Shown here one piece after another: positions 46,097 to 56,355 of a DNA stretch of 64,000 bases. The DNA comes from a virus. Made by a program: the position numbers and the translations under genes. Below the pieces are notes generated by a model, which worked only from the letters and a program-made list of their open reading frames with translations, made no database searches and was not told where the DNA came from. Position 1 is the stretch's first letter, and every line of letters begins with the position of its first letter. The stretch covers positions 1 to 64,000 of the IMG/VR virus record IMGVR_UViG_3300027708_000033; one strand, 5' to 3'.

Positions 46097-49000
46097 TTAG
46101 CCGATCCAACCGGAGCGAAACTTCACCTCTAGTGTTCCGGTAGTATTGCTTCCGGCATCGGTAATCTTGATTGTGTTGACGCCTGGCTGAATAACAATCC
46201 AGTCAACTAGTGTGTCTAGCAGCTCGCGACTTCCAGTAGTGTTGTTGTTCAAGAACACATCACGATTATAGGTGTCTATTACCATGAATTCATTGTTAGT
46301 CAAAGTAACTGTTCCTGTCGCTGCAGCGTACGCGTAATCTGCTGAGGCGCCTGTGTAAACATAGGTCAAGTCTAGAGTCGTTGAACTTGTGAAGTTGACA
46401 GCTTGGACTACAAAAGTTCCATCAAAACTGTTTCCAACTGAGGCTATGGTAACGCTGTCTCCGACAGCTAGTTTATAGTTAGTAGAAACTGAAACTGTTG
46501 CATACTTGACTCCGTCGGTAGTGACACGCTTTACTGCAGTCACCGGGCCTAGGCTTAGTCCAGCTGCGCTTAGCGCACTAAGCATCTTTATGCTTTGGTT
46601 AGTGGTTGTGTTCTTGATTACACTGTTTGCAGTAAACGGTCCGGTGACTGTCATCAATGCGCATACGTTAGTGTTGCCGATGTTGTTGAACGTTGCACTT
46701 CCACCTGAGGTAATAGTTGACTTTGTAAAGCCTTCATCTACAGTAGTGTCATAGTGGTACTTGATTGGGTCAGGTGCACGAAGTCCCACGGAGAAGTCCA
46801 TACGACCACGAGCATTCACAACATCGATAGTCGGCTGGCCGCTCAAACGAACTTGAGCGCCTTTTACCGGCGACTCGTCGGCTAGTAGCCAGCCTTTAGT
46901 GCGTACAAGGTCTATGGCCTTTACAAGTTTGTTTCTTGCAGCATCTATGTACGAAGCGTCAGGCGGCAGGATTGACCCCTTGAGCTCAATTTGCCTTGCC
47001 GTGTATCTACCAACTACGTCGTAGGAACCGTCTCCAAGACCGCGTGGTAGGTCCTGAATGTCGCTCTGGGTCTGTCCCCACCAGCCATTAATTCCTGTGC
47101 AGACCCAGACAATCGAATCCTCATCAATAGTGTTTAGGATTAGTCCGTTTATGTTCACATCGGCATTTAGCTGCATACCTGTAAGGTGAGGGTATGGAAC
47201 AGGACGTAAGGCGTTATTGACCTTTGTAGTTTCTTGGCCTTGGCTAAAGTCGTCTGTGTACTCATTGACATAGGCAGATGCTTCTAGCATTGCAGCGTCA
47301 ATCAAGAACTTCTGTCCTGCAGTTCCAGCGGTAGGCTGGTACAGTCGTATCTGTGCAATTACAGCATCTGCAGGAGCAACAGCAGTTACAGCTAGTCGTA
47401 CCCAGCCTTCGTCGCTGACCATTGGTATAAGTGCGCCGGTAGCAAACGAGAGCTGTGTACCTGTAAAGTCGTACCAGTAGAGATAAAGCCTAAGTGAAGA
47501 GGCTTCTTGCCCAACTGGAATTTTTACATATAACGACGCAGAATAAGTTGTGCCTGGAGCAATTGCTGTAACACTGCCGTCAAAATAAGAAGTCGGTGTA
47601 GAACTTGCTTCAAACACTGCACCATCAAAATAAGCCTGAGTACCGCTTGCTGGCGTGGCGGTTGAATAAAATACAAGACCTGCCGTTACCGCTCCGAGAG
47701 GAGCAGTTGCCGTGACGCTTATGCGAGTCCAACCTGAAGACGTGACTGTCTTAGATGTTCCGTTTATAGTTGAAAAACTAGAGCCACCGCTGTTTCTCCA
47801 CTCAATGCCTGCGTAGTACGAAACCGCAGTGTTGACGTCACGGACATAAATAGAAGAAGTGTACGTGACACCAACAGTTACCGCCGTCCACGCAAAAGCC
47901 ACACCTGAGTTAAATATTCCAAAGGTTCCAAAACCGTCCGCGGTAACTAAGGCCGATTTAGTTCCAATGTAAAACTGAGACGCTGAAGCAACTGCAGATA
48001 TAGAGTTAAGAGACCCCCAGCTAGGATTAGCAAGATACTGCTGGACGCTAGTACTTGCGTTAGCAGTGCCAGACCATGCATAAGTTAGATTAGCTGCAGC
48101 CGTTGTGCTGCCATCAAAGTATGACTTAAGCTGAGAAGACTGTTCTACTAGTAACTGGTCGTAATAAAAGACATCTCCCGCTGACGGGTTAGTGACAAGC
48201 TCTATTTTCATAGTGGTTAAGTCAGAAGGCATAGTATAAGTTCGGCTTATTCTAGTCCAAGTTCCTGCCGTAACTGAAACTGCCGTAGATGGGTATAGAC
48301 TACCAGAACCAGTGCCGAGCGTCATAAATAAAGAAACAGTTTGTGCACGACTAGCGTACACATATACTGAGGCGGTATAAGTTTTGCTTGCAAAAGTTGA
48401 CCCATTAGCAAAAAAGTCTGATGTTAGATTAAGTTGGCTCGCTCCTGTTCCTTGGTACACATTAACAGCATACGAGTAAGAACCGCTTTGCTTGTCTGCA
48501 CTAGTTCTGTATCGACCGTATGCCAAGTTTCCTGGGTTGTATCCAGAAACCCAACCATCAACCATGTTTGCAACTTGATTACTTGTTGAAGCATCAGCGG
48601 TTCCATTCCATGTGTAAGTGAAGTCACCTGCTGCAGTCGTTGACCCGTCAAAATACGTATTAACTGAAGAACCTGCTTCAAGCATAGCAGCGTCTATGTA
48701 AACCTGTGAACCATACGCAGCTGTTGAAGGAACTACTAGTACAAGTGAAGCACCTGTTGCAGCAGCGGCTCCAGCTCCAGACGGAGCAACGCCAGTGACG
48801 CTAATTCTTGTCCAAGAACCGGTAGAAATAGCTGTTGCAGTACCACCACTAGTACTTATGTAACCTCCGCTGCCACGCCAGTCAATATTTACATAAATGT
48901 TTCCACCGAGGCTTAGGTCTTTAACATATAAAGAACCAACATAAGTAGTTCCAGCAGTGACGGCCGTGTTATAGGAATAAGTGGCGAGATTGCCAGAACT

Positions 49001-50011
49001 ACTAAGGCTTGTCACTAAACCGCTATAAGTACCTAGATAGCTCGTTGTAGAACTTCTAGCAACGATACTTTTTGCCAAATCTGCTGAGTAGTTAGGTGCA
49101 GCAGAGTATTGCTGTAGACTTGTGCTTAAGTTAGTGGTGCTAGACCAGGCATAAGTAAACTCATTAGCAGCAGCGGTGTTCCCATCAAAGTAAGGCCTAG
49201 TCGTTGATGCTAGGTCTATCAGAACGGCGTCTAGGTAGAAAGTTTTTCCTACAGCAACTGTCGCGCTGTTTAGTACATAAAAAGTGTAGTTTTGAGCAGT
49301 AGTCGTGGTAAATGTAACTGAAAGTCTTTCCCAAGTATCGTACAAAGTCGCGTTTGTAGATGTCACTGCAAAGCTGGTTCCTTGAACGCTAAGCTGTGGT
49401 AGAACAGAACCAGTTGGAGTGTAGACGTACGCAGAATAAGTGTATGTTGTAGTAGCAGGCAGGGAAAGTGCGTATCCGGCACCATTGTTTGTTCCACCTG
49501 TACCAGCGGCGTACGTGACAAGCAAACTTTGACTGCCGACGTATTTTTGCGCAGTAGACACGGCAATACTGGCAGTATTTGGTGTTGCTCCAGCACCAAG
49601 CCAACCATTCGTAGGAGTAGTAGCGTGTTCAAAACTTGGGTTTGTGCACAAGTTAATTCTGCTAGTAGTTGTAGTAGAAGTTGCCGCAAAGTTTGGGTTA
49701 AGAATTAGATTAGTGCGAATGGTTGCCGTGCTAGACGATGCTTCAAAACCAGGGTTAGTCGCTAAGTTAGTTCTAGCAGTGGTTGTGGCAGTAGTGTCTT
49801 CAAAGCTTGGATTGCTGATTAGGTTTGTAGTTGCAGCTGATGACCATGCCACACCAGCTGAAGCAATTGCTGGCTTAGTCACTTCTAGACATGTGCTGCC
49901 AAAGAAGCCATCCGTTGTGCTACGAACAAACGAAGTTCCACTTCCAAGAGCGGACCATCCGGTAGTGTCTGTCTTAAACGACGGGTTACCTATAAGGTTT
50001 ATACGACTCAT
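46097..50011 (-). CDS. distal tail (Dit-like) protein with carbohydrate-binding-module-like domains
   Basis: Follows the tape measure gene; NL..NPSF/YFDG CBM-like repeats; C-terminal GWWG..R.I.L.G..L.APDP.K..N.G....PG.N.I...RSGW. Confidence 0.8.
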   Translation of the reverse strand: MSRINLIGNPSFKTDTTGWSALGSGTSFVRSTTDGFFGSTCLEVTKPAIASAGVAWSSAATTNLISNPSFEDTTATTTARTNLATNPGFEASSSTATIRTNLILNPNFAATSTTTTSRINLCTNPSFEHATTPTNGWLGAGATPNTASIAVSTAQKYVGSQSLLVTYAAGTGGTNNGAGYALSLPATTTYTYSAYVYTPTGSVLPQLSVQGTSFAVTSTNATLYDTWERLSVTFTTTTAQNYTFYVLNSATVAVGKTFYLDAVLIDLASTTRPYFDGNTAAANEFTYAWSSTTNLSTSLQQYSAAPNYSADLAKSIVARSSTTSYLGTYSGLVTSLSSSGNLATYSYNTAVTAGTTYVGSLYVKDLSLGGNIYVNIDWRGSGGYISTSGGTATAISTGSWTRISVTGVAPSGAGAAAATGASLVLVVPSTAAYGSQVYIDAAMLEAGSSVNTYFDGSTTAAGDFTYTWNGTADASTSNQVANMVDGWVSGYNPGNLAYGRYRTSADKQSGSYSYAVNVYQGTGASQLNLTSDFFANGSTFASKTYTASVYVYASRAQTVSLFMTLGTGSGSLYPSTAVSVTAGTWTRISRTYTMPSDLTTMKIELVTNPSAGDVFYYDQLLVEQSSQLKSYFDGSTTAAANLTYAWSGTANASTSVQQYLANPSWGSLNSISAVASASQFYIGTKSALVTADGFGTFGIFNSGVAFAWTAVTVGVTYTSSIYVRDVNTAVSYYAGIEWRNSGGSSFSTINGTSKTVTSSGWTRISVTATAPLGAVTAGLVFYSTATPASGTQAYFDGAVFEASSTPTSYFDGSVTAIAPGTTYSASLYVKIPVGQEASSLRLYLYWYDFTGTQLSFATGALIPMVSDEGWVRLAVTAVAPADAVIAQIRLYQPTAGTAGQKFLIDAAMLEASAYVNEYTDDFSQGQETTKVNNALRPVPYPHLTGMQLNADVNINGLILNTIDEDSIVWVCTGINGWWGQTQSDIQDLPRGLGDGSYDVVGRYTARQIELKGSILPPDASYIDAARNKLVKAIDLVRTKGWLLADESPVKGAQVRLSGQPTIDVVNARGRMDFSVGLRAPDPIKYHYDTTVDEGFTKSTITSGGSATFNNIGNTNVCALMTVTGPFTANSVIKNTTTNQSIKMLSALSAAGLSLGPVTAVKRVTTDGVKYATVSVSTNYKLAVGDSVTIASVGNSFDGTFVVQAVNFTSSTTLDLTYVYTGASADYAYAAATGTVTLTNNEFMVIDTYNRDVFLNNNTTGSRELLDTLVDWIVIQPGVNTIKITDAGSNTTGTLEVKFRSGWIG

Positions 50012-53000
50012 CCGCGAGCTCCTCTACGCATTTGAAGTTGAAGCACACGACCGACTTCAGCAGCAAGTTCAACGGTGTCCATTCCAGGACTCGAGTTGAC
50101 ACTTATCGAAATGTTGACATCTCCACTAGACTGTGCTCCTGCCATACGAGCAATAGCCTGGTCAGGGTAACTGCCGTTGTTGACAGCGTTTAGTAGTGGA
50201 AGATACTTCTTTGTCGACAGGGCGTTGACAACAAACTCACCAGATGAAATCATTGCAGGAATCAGGTCGTCACGAGGACCACCACGGCCAACAGCGTAAC
50301 CTGAACCGTTTACATATTTTGCGATGCCGCCGTTTGCAAGTTTAAGAAGTCCGCCGTCTTTCTTTTTCTTGAAGGCATCAACAATAGACTGGAATGCGCT
50401 ACCCCAAGTGCTCCCATCAAACAGGTTAAAGCCCTTAGGCTTATTTTTTACGTCAAAGTCTACAGGAATCTTTACTGTACCAGGCTTGAGTTTAGCAACA
50501 GCATCTTGAACCTTAGTTTTTCCAGTTGCAATGCCGTCTACAAGTGTTTGTGCCCAGTGAGCACCATGCTCTTTGACACCTTCGTCGTAGATTGCTTTCC
50601 ACGTAGTTAAAGTTTTCTGTGCTTCTGTGACTGTTAGCGCCTTTGAAGTCATGCCCTCGGATAGGGCCAAAGCAGCCTTAGCACCTACTGTTGAAAAAGC
50701 TGTCTGAATTACACTTGCCTGATTAGATATACCAGTTGCTGCACCACTGGAAGCTGTTGCGGCCGCAGCTTCAAATGATGCTCTAGCACGTTCAATAGTT
50801 TTGGTGCCTCCGTCTACCATCTTCTGTGCTAGCTGTGCTGCAATCTTCGGGTCCATAGCGCTAAGACCTTTGATAGTAGCGTCACCGGCATTGTGCGCAG
50901 CTAGGTACAGAAGATTGTTTTGGAAGGCAGCAGCTTCTCTAACTTGCCTGTTCTGCTCTTTTAAGAACTTGTCTAGAGAAACTTTTCCATCTGTGGTAGC
51001 AGCGTCAATTGCGTCGGAGTAGCTTATCATTTTGCCGGCTGCATCTGTGATGCCCTTGGCTAGGTTTTCAGCTGCGACCCTGTTGTTCTCCATTTGAGCA
51101 GCGCCTTTACCCTGAGCCAAAGTGACCAGAGTCTGCTGCCGCTCTTGTTCAGTCATTGCTGCGGTGTTGATACCTAGACTTGTCGCTAGCTCCTGAATGT
51201 CTGTTTTATAGTCAGGCATTGTGTCAAGAAGTGCTGATACGGCTTCATCATTATCTCCGAGAGCTACACTCATTTCCTGGAAGCGAGCCTGAGCAGCAGG
51301 CATGTTGCTTTGAGCTAGAGTACTGAGTTGAGAGCCAACTTTTTTAAGTTGACCGGCCATCTGGTCAAACTCAGCAACCATTGCTCGGCTACCAAGATAG
51401 TCACCAGCTTGGTTGAACCAAGGAGCTTTAGTGTAACTGTTAAGTTTAACCACAGCAGCACCCAAGTCTTTGCTACCTACAGCTGCAATTTTTATAGTCT
51501 TATTCGCATCGGCCCATTGGGTAGTCCAACTGCTGCTAGGCAGTAGGTCGACAAAGTTGACGGATTCCAATGACTTTCTTAGTGTCACTGCACCGTCTAC
51601 ACCGGTGAGTAGCGAGTTCCTAATTTGGTCACCGGACATTGCTGCATCTAGTCTTGCCTGCTTAAACGCCTCGTCCAGTTGAACAGCAACATCGAGAAGA
51701 ACTCCGGCTGCCATTGCCCAGCCGGCACCTTTAGTTAGTTTTGAGAAGAATCCGTTTTTAGCAACGTTTGCAGTTTTAAGTGCTGCTTCGTTTTTAGCAA
51801 CGGCTGTAGTTTGCGCTTCAGCTGCTAACGTGGCTCTGCCTTGGGCGGCTTTTAGTTCAGACTGGCCTAGCACAGCCTTTTGTGCAGCCACGTTTTCACG
51901 CTCAATGGCTAGTGCTAAGTCTTGCTCAGCTTTAGTTTCTCGCATGACTGCGGCAGTGTATCTATCTGCTGCGGCGGCTCTCTCTGCGTCGCTTGCTGTT
52001 CCGGACTGATTGACCTTCATTGCCTCAGCTTCAGCAATGTTAGCCTCATTTACAGCTAGTGCTAGCTTGTCCTCAGCCTGAGTCCTAGCATTAGTCGCTT
52101 GCAATAATCTTGCTCGCTGAGCAGCAAGGCTTGCCTCAGCCTTTTGAACTCCAAGAGTGGCTTTGTCTAATGCAATGTTAGCAGCCTGAAGAGCTTTTGT
52201 AGTTTTTGCTGCCTCTGCGTTAGCAGTCTTTACGCGGTTAGTTTCACCAAACAGCGCATTCATTCCTCGTGTCACTGATTTTAGTTGGCCAATGAAGTAA
52301 TTAAAGATAAACTGTGCACCCTTGAATCCAAAAATAAGAGCAACTATTGCACCATGGAATACGCCTAGAACGTCTAAAACAGGTTTTAGTGCATTTAGCA
52401 CATTGGTGACAATGTCTACAAGTCCAGAAAGAGTTCTAAAGAATGTGCTCGCAGCACCAGAATCAGATAGAGCAGCAATAAACTTAGTTAGACTTACAAG
52501 AAGCTGTGCAAGAGCAGGCTGAGTCTTAATAGATTCTTGAAGAATAGTTTGAATAAACGGAGTCGCTTGTTTTAGCGTCTGCCAGAATATCTTTGTTTCA
52601 GGAGCAGTTCCTAACTCCTTGAACACATGTAAAACACCACCTATTGTGGTGAGCATTTCCTTTGTATTAGCCGCAGCTCCAAGGAAATACGATTGAGATT
52701 TACTCTGCCCGGCAACTGTGTTCATTTCACGCCATTTGCCTGTAGCTGTCTGAAGGAAATTCAGCATTAGTTGGCCGCCACTTGTTGGGCCAAAGTTAGC
52801 CTTTATCAGACCGCCTAACCCTGAGAACACATTTCCAGCAATTTTACCGAACTGTGCTGCAAGCTCACCGGCGCGGTTGAAAAACTTAGTTAGTGAACCG
52901 TCCTGGAGACCTTTAGTCACAAAGTTGTTAAACTTAGTTGAAATAGTTACCAGCCAGCCGGCAAACTTTTCTGTTAGCGGCGCAGCGGCTTTAAGTATTC

Positions 53001-54360
53001 CAAGCATTCCACTAAAAGCGTTTCCAGCAGCTTTACCAAAGCTAGATAGCACGGTACGCGATGTGGAGACAAATGAGTCCATTCGACCGCGAACTGTTGC
53101 GGTATCAAAGATGTCAACAAAGTTTTTAGTTGCATCTCCCATGCCGAGAGCTAGCTGGTGAATGTTACCCTTTAGCGCAGGAAATGCCGGTCCGTGGATT
53201 AGTCTATCTAGTTGCTGCTGTAATACTGGTAAGAATCCAGAAGCTGCCGCTTCCTTTAGTGCTTGAAACTCTGGATGCATCTTTGCAAGATATCTAGCAA
53301 ACTCTTTCTGCGTCACAGTGAGCTTCATTAGCGCTGCGTTAGCTTGCTCAGCTCCTGCAGTTTGAGCTCGTCTTAGTGCACGCTCCGCTGCAGCCTGAGA
53401 CTGAAGTGCGTCACGTAGAGTTTTGTTTAGGTCTAGCTCGGCATTGTTTCTTGCATTTGTCGCATCGCGGACAGATTCGATACCCATGATTCCAGTTTGT
53501 GCAACACGGTCTTGCTCTTTACTGGTAACTTCTGCATTTGCCTTTGACCTGCGAAAGGCTAGTTCAGCCTCCTGGTACTGAAGCATAGCCTGTCTACGAG
53601 CCATGCTGCTAGGCGGCATATCCTGAACACGGGCAAGAGTCAATCTTGCCTTTTCAAGGTTTAGACTTGCACCTGTCTCATCTAGCGCAGCTTGTTCAGC
53701 TTCAAAGCCAATCTGCCGCATTTGTTCACGGCCGTCTTTAATGGCATTATTTAGATTATGTTGTGCCTCTTCAAGGCGCTTATGTGCAGCTGCTAGGCTT
53801 TCATCGTTGCGCTGAATGGTTTGTGCTAAGGCACGTTCAGCATCTTGCTGCGCTCTTGCTCGTTGTACGCCACCTGTAGGGTTTGCTAATGTGCTTGCTG
53901 CAGCACCGACACCGGACAGCGCTAGTTTAGCAACTGCAAATCCTGCTTTCAGTCCGGCAAAAGCGCCTACTACTGCAACTAACGAAGCTGCAGCACCACC
54001 AGCGACTCCGATTAGAGAACCTAAACCTCCGACTAGAGAAGATACGCTGCCAGATAGAACACCAATACCGCCTTGAGCAATGTATCCAGCCTTGCTCAAG
54101 GCCATCATCTTTTCACGAGCCTTATCAGCTCCAGGAGCAAGCGACTCTAACTTGTTTAGAATTTCATCAAAGCCGCCGCCTTTGCTGCCTCCACCACTGG
54201 CCATTCCTTTTTCAAGGCCGCGACTTATATCTTGTCCAGCCTTTTGACCGATGCCTTCGGCACCGCGAAGTTTGTCCTTTAGGTCTCTCTCAAAACCTTC
54301 AGTAATTACGCGCGCAATGAGCGTAATGCTACCAACGTTATTAGCGCCGCCGATGGCCAT
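50008..54360 (-). CDS. tape measure protein
   Basis: 1450 aa, Ala-rich and helical, follows the chaperone pair; C-terminal G.GGPRDD.IPAMIS.GEFVVNA. Confidence 0.92.
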   Translation of the reverse strand: MAIGGANNVGSITLIARVITEGFERDLKDKLRGAEGIGQKAGQDISRGLEKGMASGGGSKGGGFDEILNKLESLAPGADKAREKMMALSKAGYIAQGGIGVLSGSVSSLVGGLGSLIGVAGGAAASLVAVVGAFAGLKAGFAVAKLALSGVGAAASTLANPTGGVQRARAQQDAERALAQTIQRNDESLAAAHKRLEEAQHNLNNAIKDGREQMRQIGFEAEQAALDETGASLNLEKARLTLARVQDMPPSSMARRQAMLQYQEAELAFRRSKANAEVTSKEQDRVAQTGIMGIESVRDATNARNNAELDLNKTLRDALQSQAAAERALRRAQTAGAEQANAALMKLTVTQKEFARYLAKMHPEFQALKEAAASGFLPVLQQQLDRLIHGPAFPALKGNIHQLALGMGDATKNFVDIFDTATVRGRMDSFVSTSRTVLSSFGKAAGNAFSGMLGILKAAAPLTEKFAGWLVTISTKFNNFVTKGLQDGSLTKFFNRAGELAAQFGKIAGNVFSGLGGLIKANFGPTSGGQLMLNFLQTATGKWREMNTVAGQSKSQSYFLGAAANTKEMLTTIGGVLHVFKELGTAPETKIFWQTLKQATPFIQTILQESIKTQPALAQLLVSLTKFIAALSDSGAASTFFRTLSGLVDIVTNVLNALKPVLDVLGVFHGAIVALIFGFKGAQFIFNYFIGQLKSVTRGMNALFGETNRVKTANAEAAKTTKALQAANIALDKATLGVQKAEASLAAQRARLLQATNARTQAEDKLALAVNEANIAEAEAMKVNQSGTASDAERAAAADRYTAAVMRETKAEQDLALAIERENVAAQKAVLGQSELKAAQGRATLAAEAQTTAVAKNEAALKTANVAKNGFFSKLTKGAGWAMAAGVLLDVAVQLDEAFKQARLDAAMSGDQIRNSLLTGVDGAVTLRKSLESVNFVDLLPSSSWTTQWADANKTIKIAAVGSKDLGAAVVKLNSYTKAPWFNQAGDYLGSRAMVAEFDQMAGQLKKVGSQLSTLAQSNMPAAQARFQEMSVALGDNDEAVSALLDTMPDYKTDIQELATSLGINTAAMTEQERQQTLVTLAQGKGAAQMENNRVAAENLAKGITDAAGKMISYSDAIDAATTDGKVSLDKFLKEQNRQVREAAAFQNNLLYLAAHNAGDATIKGLSAMDPKIAAQLAQKMVDGGTKTIERARASFEAAAATASSGAATGISNQASVIQTAFSTVGAKAALALSEGMTSKALTVTEAQKTLTTWKAIYDEGVKEHGAHWAQTLVDGIATGKTKVQDAVAKLKPGTVKIPVDFDVKNKPKGFNLFDGSTWGSAFQSIVDAFKKKKDGGLLKLANGGIAKYVNGSGYAVGRGGPRDDLIPAMISSGEFVVNALSTKKYLPLLNAVNNGSYPDQAIARMAGAQSSGDVNISISVNSSPGMDTVELAAEVGRVLQLQMRRGARG

Positions 54361-54385
54361 GAGAGGACCTCCTTCCTAAGTTATG

Positions 54386-54810
54386 CTAGTTTATTGGTGC
54401 ATCCAAGATGTCACCAAATGGTGCTACTGCGTCTGGGTTGAAGTTTGTAGGTGGTACATAGGTCCTTGTTCTAGGATTAAATGGATTTATCGGAGCCTCA
54501 GGTTCAGCAGGTAACTGCCCCAATTCATCGTCAAGATTCTCTAATCCTCTATCTCCTGATGCGGCGCTGCCGTAAGCATATTTCTGGCCATAGAGGTCCT
54601 CGTAGATAGTTCTACGCATTCCGTCTCTAACCTCAATAAGTTCTGGAGAAAGTCCACGGACCTCATCTTCAAAGAAGTAATGAATAACATCTAGCATTTC
54701 AGATGCTTCCATTTCTTTGAGGTTCACTCCGTGTACCAGACCTTTACCGTTTACGTATGGCCAGAGGTCTACTGCCCAGCGGAGGAGAGCTCTGGCTGCT
54801 CTTCCGGGCG
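54386..54810 (-). CDS. tail assembly chaperone, frameshift extension (gpGT-like)
   Basis: -1 frame open from about 54825 (GRAARALLRWAVDLWPYVNGK...), overlapping the end of the upstream chaperone gene. Confidence 0.7.
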
Positions 54811-55119
54811 GGTAGTGTACTCCTCAACAAGCCAGCCAATAATTTCACTTAGAGTTTCAACGGATACAATCCGGTCCTTGCTGGTAAGCAAGTCATCAAA
54901 GCGTTTGTAGCTCTCGTCTTCTAGCACACTTACAAAGAACTTGCCGATGAATTTTGCTGTCTGACCTGGAGAATTGTCGTCTCCGTTGTTTGCTAGGTCA
55001 AGCATCAATTTTCCCTGAACCTGAGGAAGGCAGCGGAATTCTTCACCGTGAAGTTTGAATGTTAGTGGTTCTTTCTGGTCTCCGTCTGCGCCGGTGCCAA
55101 AGTCTTTAAATCGGGTCAC
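54769..55119 (-). CDS. tail assembly chaperone (gpG-like)
   Basis: Position before the tape measure gene; ends L.EIIGWL.E.YT.RP. Confidence 0.8.
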   Translation of the reverse strand: MTRFKDFGTGADGDQKEPLTFKLHGEEFRCLPQVQGKLMLDLANNGDDNSPGQTAKFIGKFFVSVLEDESYKRFDDLLTSKDRIVSVETLSEIIGWLVEEYTTRPEEQPELSSAGQ

Positions 55120-55188
55120 TTTAGTTCTCTTTCTGTTAGATATGTGTAATCGTCTGATAGAAGCATTTTTGCTCCTACACCAATCGTA

Positions 55189-55587
55189 TTATGGTATGAA
55201 GTAAACGAGTTGGTCTGCAAGGAACCTGTTAGGCTTAGTTCCAGGGTGGCGAACACGTCTAGCGTAAACAACTTGCGCTCCTCGAGTGAATCGCAGAACC
55301 TTTGTTCCCTGCTTTGGAGTAATAATGTGTGGACGAGTCCCGTTGTGGTGGATTGCAGCAATGCGATGCATCGTCCAGATAGTCAAGTACTGGCCAGTAG
55401 AATTCGTTAGATGAGACATACGAATGCTTCTACGAAGCGAACCGGTCTTTACTCCAACTTGACGTTTCGCGGCATTTAGCGCGAGCTCTCCACGCTTCTT
55501 TAGCCAGCGGCCAATTTCTCCACGGTCACCATTAAGCTCGTAGCCTAACTTTGTCTTGTCAATGTTGATTACTAAATGGTCTGGCAT
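55189..55587 (-). CDS. HK97 gp10-like tail completion/neck protein
   Basis: VGVKTGSLRRSI, HNGTRPH.I.P, V.HPGT.PN.FL. Confidence 0.8.
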   Translation of the reverse strand: MPDHLVINIDKTKLGYELNGDRGEIGRWLKKRGELALNAAKRQVGVKTGSLRRSIRMSHLTNSTGQYLTIWTMHRIAAIHHNGTRPHIITPKQGTKVLRFTRGAQVVYARRVRHPGTKPNRFLADQLVYFIP

Positions 55588-56093
55588 TATGGAACCGCCA
55601 TGGTTATCTGCAATGTTGTGGATTGGAGTCCACCCTCAGGCTCTCCAACTTCAACAGTGGCAAGAACTCCTGGACCGTAGCCAGAAGAGTCCCATTGGTC
55701 TAGTAGGTTTACAGACTGCATTAATACCCAGGCATCAATCGCAGCGTATGCTGCTACTTGTTGAATCTTGCTTGTACTAGGAGGTTGGCCGTTCTGGCCG
55801 ACAACTGGAACCTCTCTAGCAACAGAGATAGTGAGAGTGGCCGTTCTTGGAACGTTACAGCGCTGCGGACTGTTTATCTCTGCACCGACCGGGCCTAAAT
55901 ACATCTGAATAAATGAAACTACAACTTGCTCGCAGTCTACAGCTGGCTGCCCCATTGTCCAATAACGTCTGTTTGGCAACGAGACGTTATACGACTGGTA
56001 AATTGCCTCAACTCGCTCTAAAACACCGTCAAGCATCTGCTTTAGGTTTAGTGCGTCTTCGGCCACTCCTGAGATATCAATAGTGGTAGCCAT
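55587..56093 (-). CDS. tail terminator-like protein
   Basis: Position in the head-tail block; DC.Q.VV...C..P.....V.R...DAW...GEP.GG. Confidence 0.65.
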   Translation of the reverse strand: MATTIDISGVAEDALNLKQMLDGVLERVEAIYQSYNVSLPNRRYWTMGQPAVDCEQVVVSFIQMYLGPVGAEINSPQRCNVPRTATLTISVAREVPVVGQNGQPPSTSKIQQVAAYAAIDAWVLMQSVNLLDQWDSSGYGPGVLATVEVGEPEGGLQSTTLQITMAVP

Positions 56094-56102
56094 CAGTTAT
56101 TC

Positions 56103-56339
56103 TTACTTAGTAGCTTCCTTGGTCGGCTCAGCTACCTTAACTTCTTCGACAACTTCTTCGACAACTGGTTCAACAACAGGCTCAACTACTGGCTCGACAA
56201 CTGTTTCAACAACTGGCTTAGCCGGCTTTTCTGCCTTCTTGCTAACGACTTCTTCAGCCTTCTTAGCTTCAACTACAGGAACTACAGGCTTTGACAAGTC
56301 GTGCATGTCTGTAGCGGTGAAGTTTGTTTGATATAACAT
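56103..56339 (-). CDS. small low-complexity protein with VVEP repeats
   Basis: (VVEP)n encoded by 12-bp degenerate repeats; AAAAGAG upstream. Confidence 0.6.
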   Translation of the reverse strand: MLYQTNFTATDMHDLSKPVVPVVEAKKAEEVVSKKAEKPAKPVVETVVEPVVEPVVEPVVEEVVEEVKVAEPTKEATK

Positions 56340-56355
56340 TTTTACTCTTTTCTTT

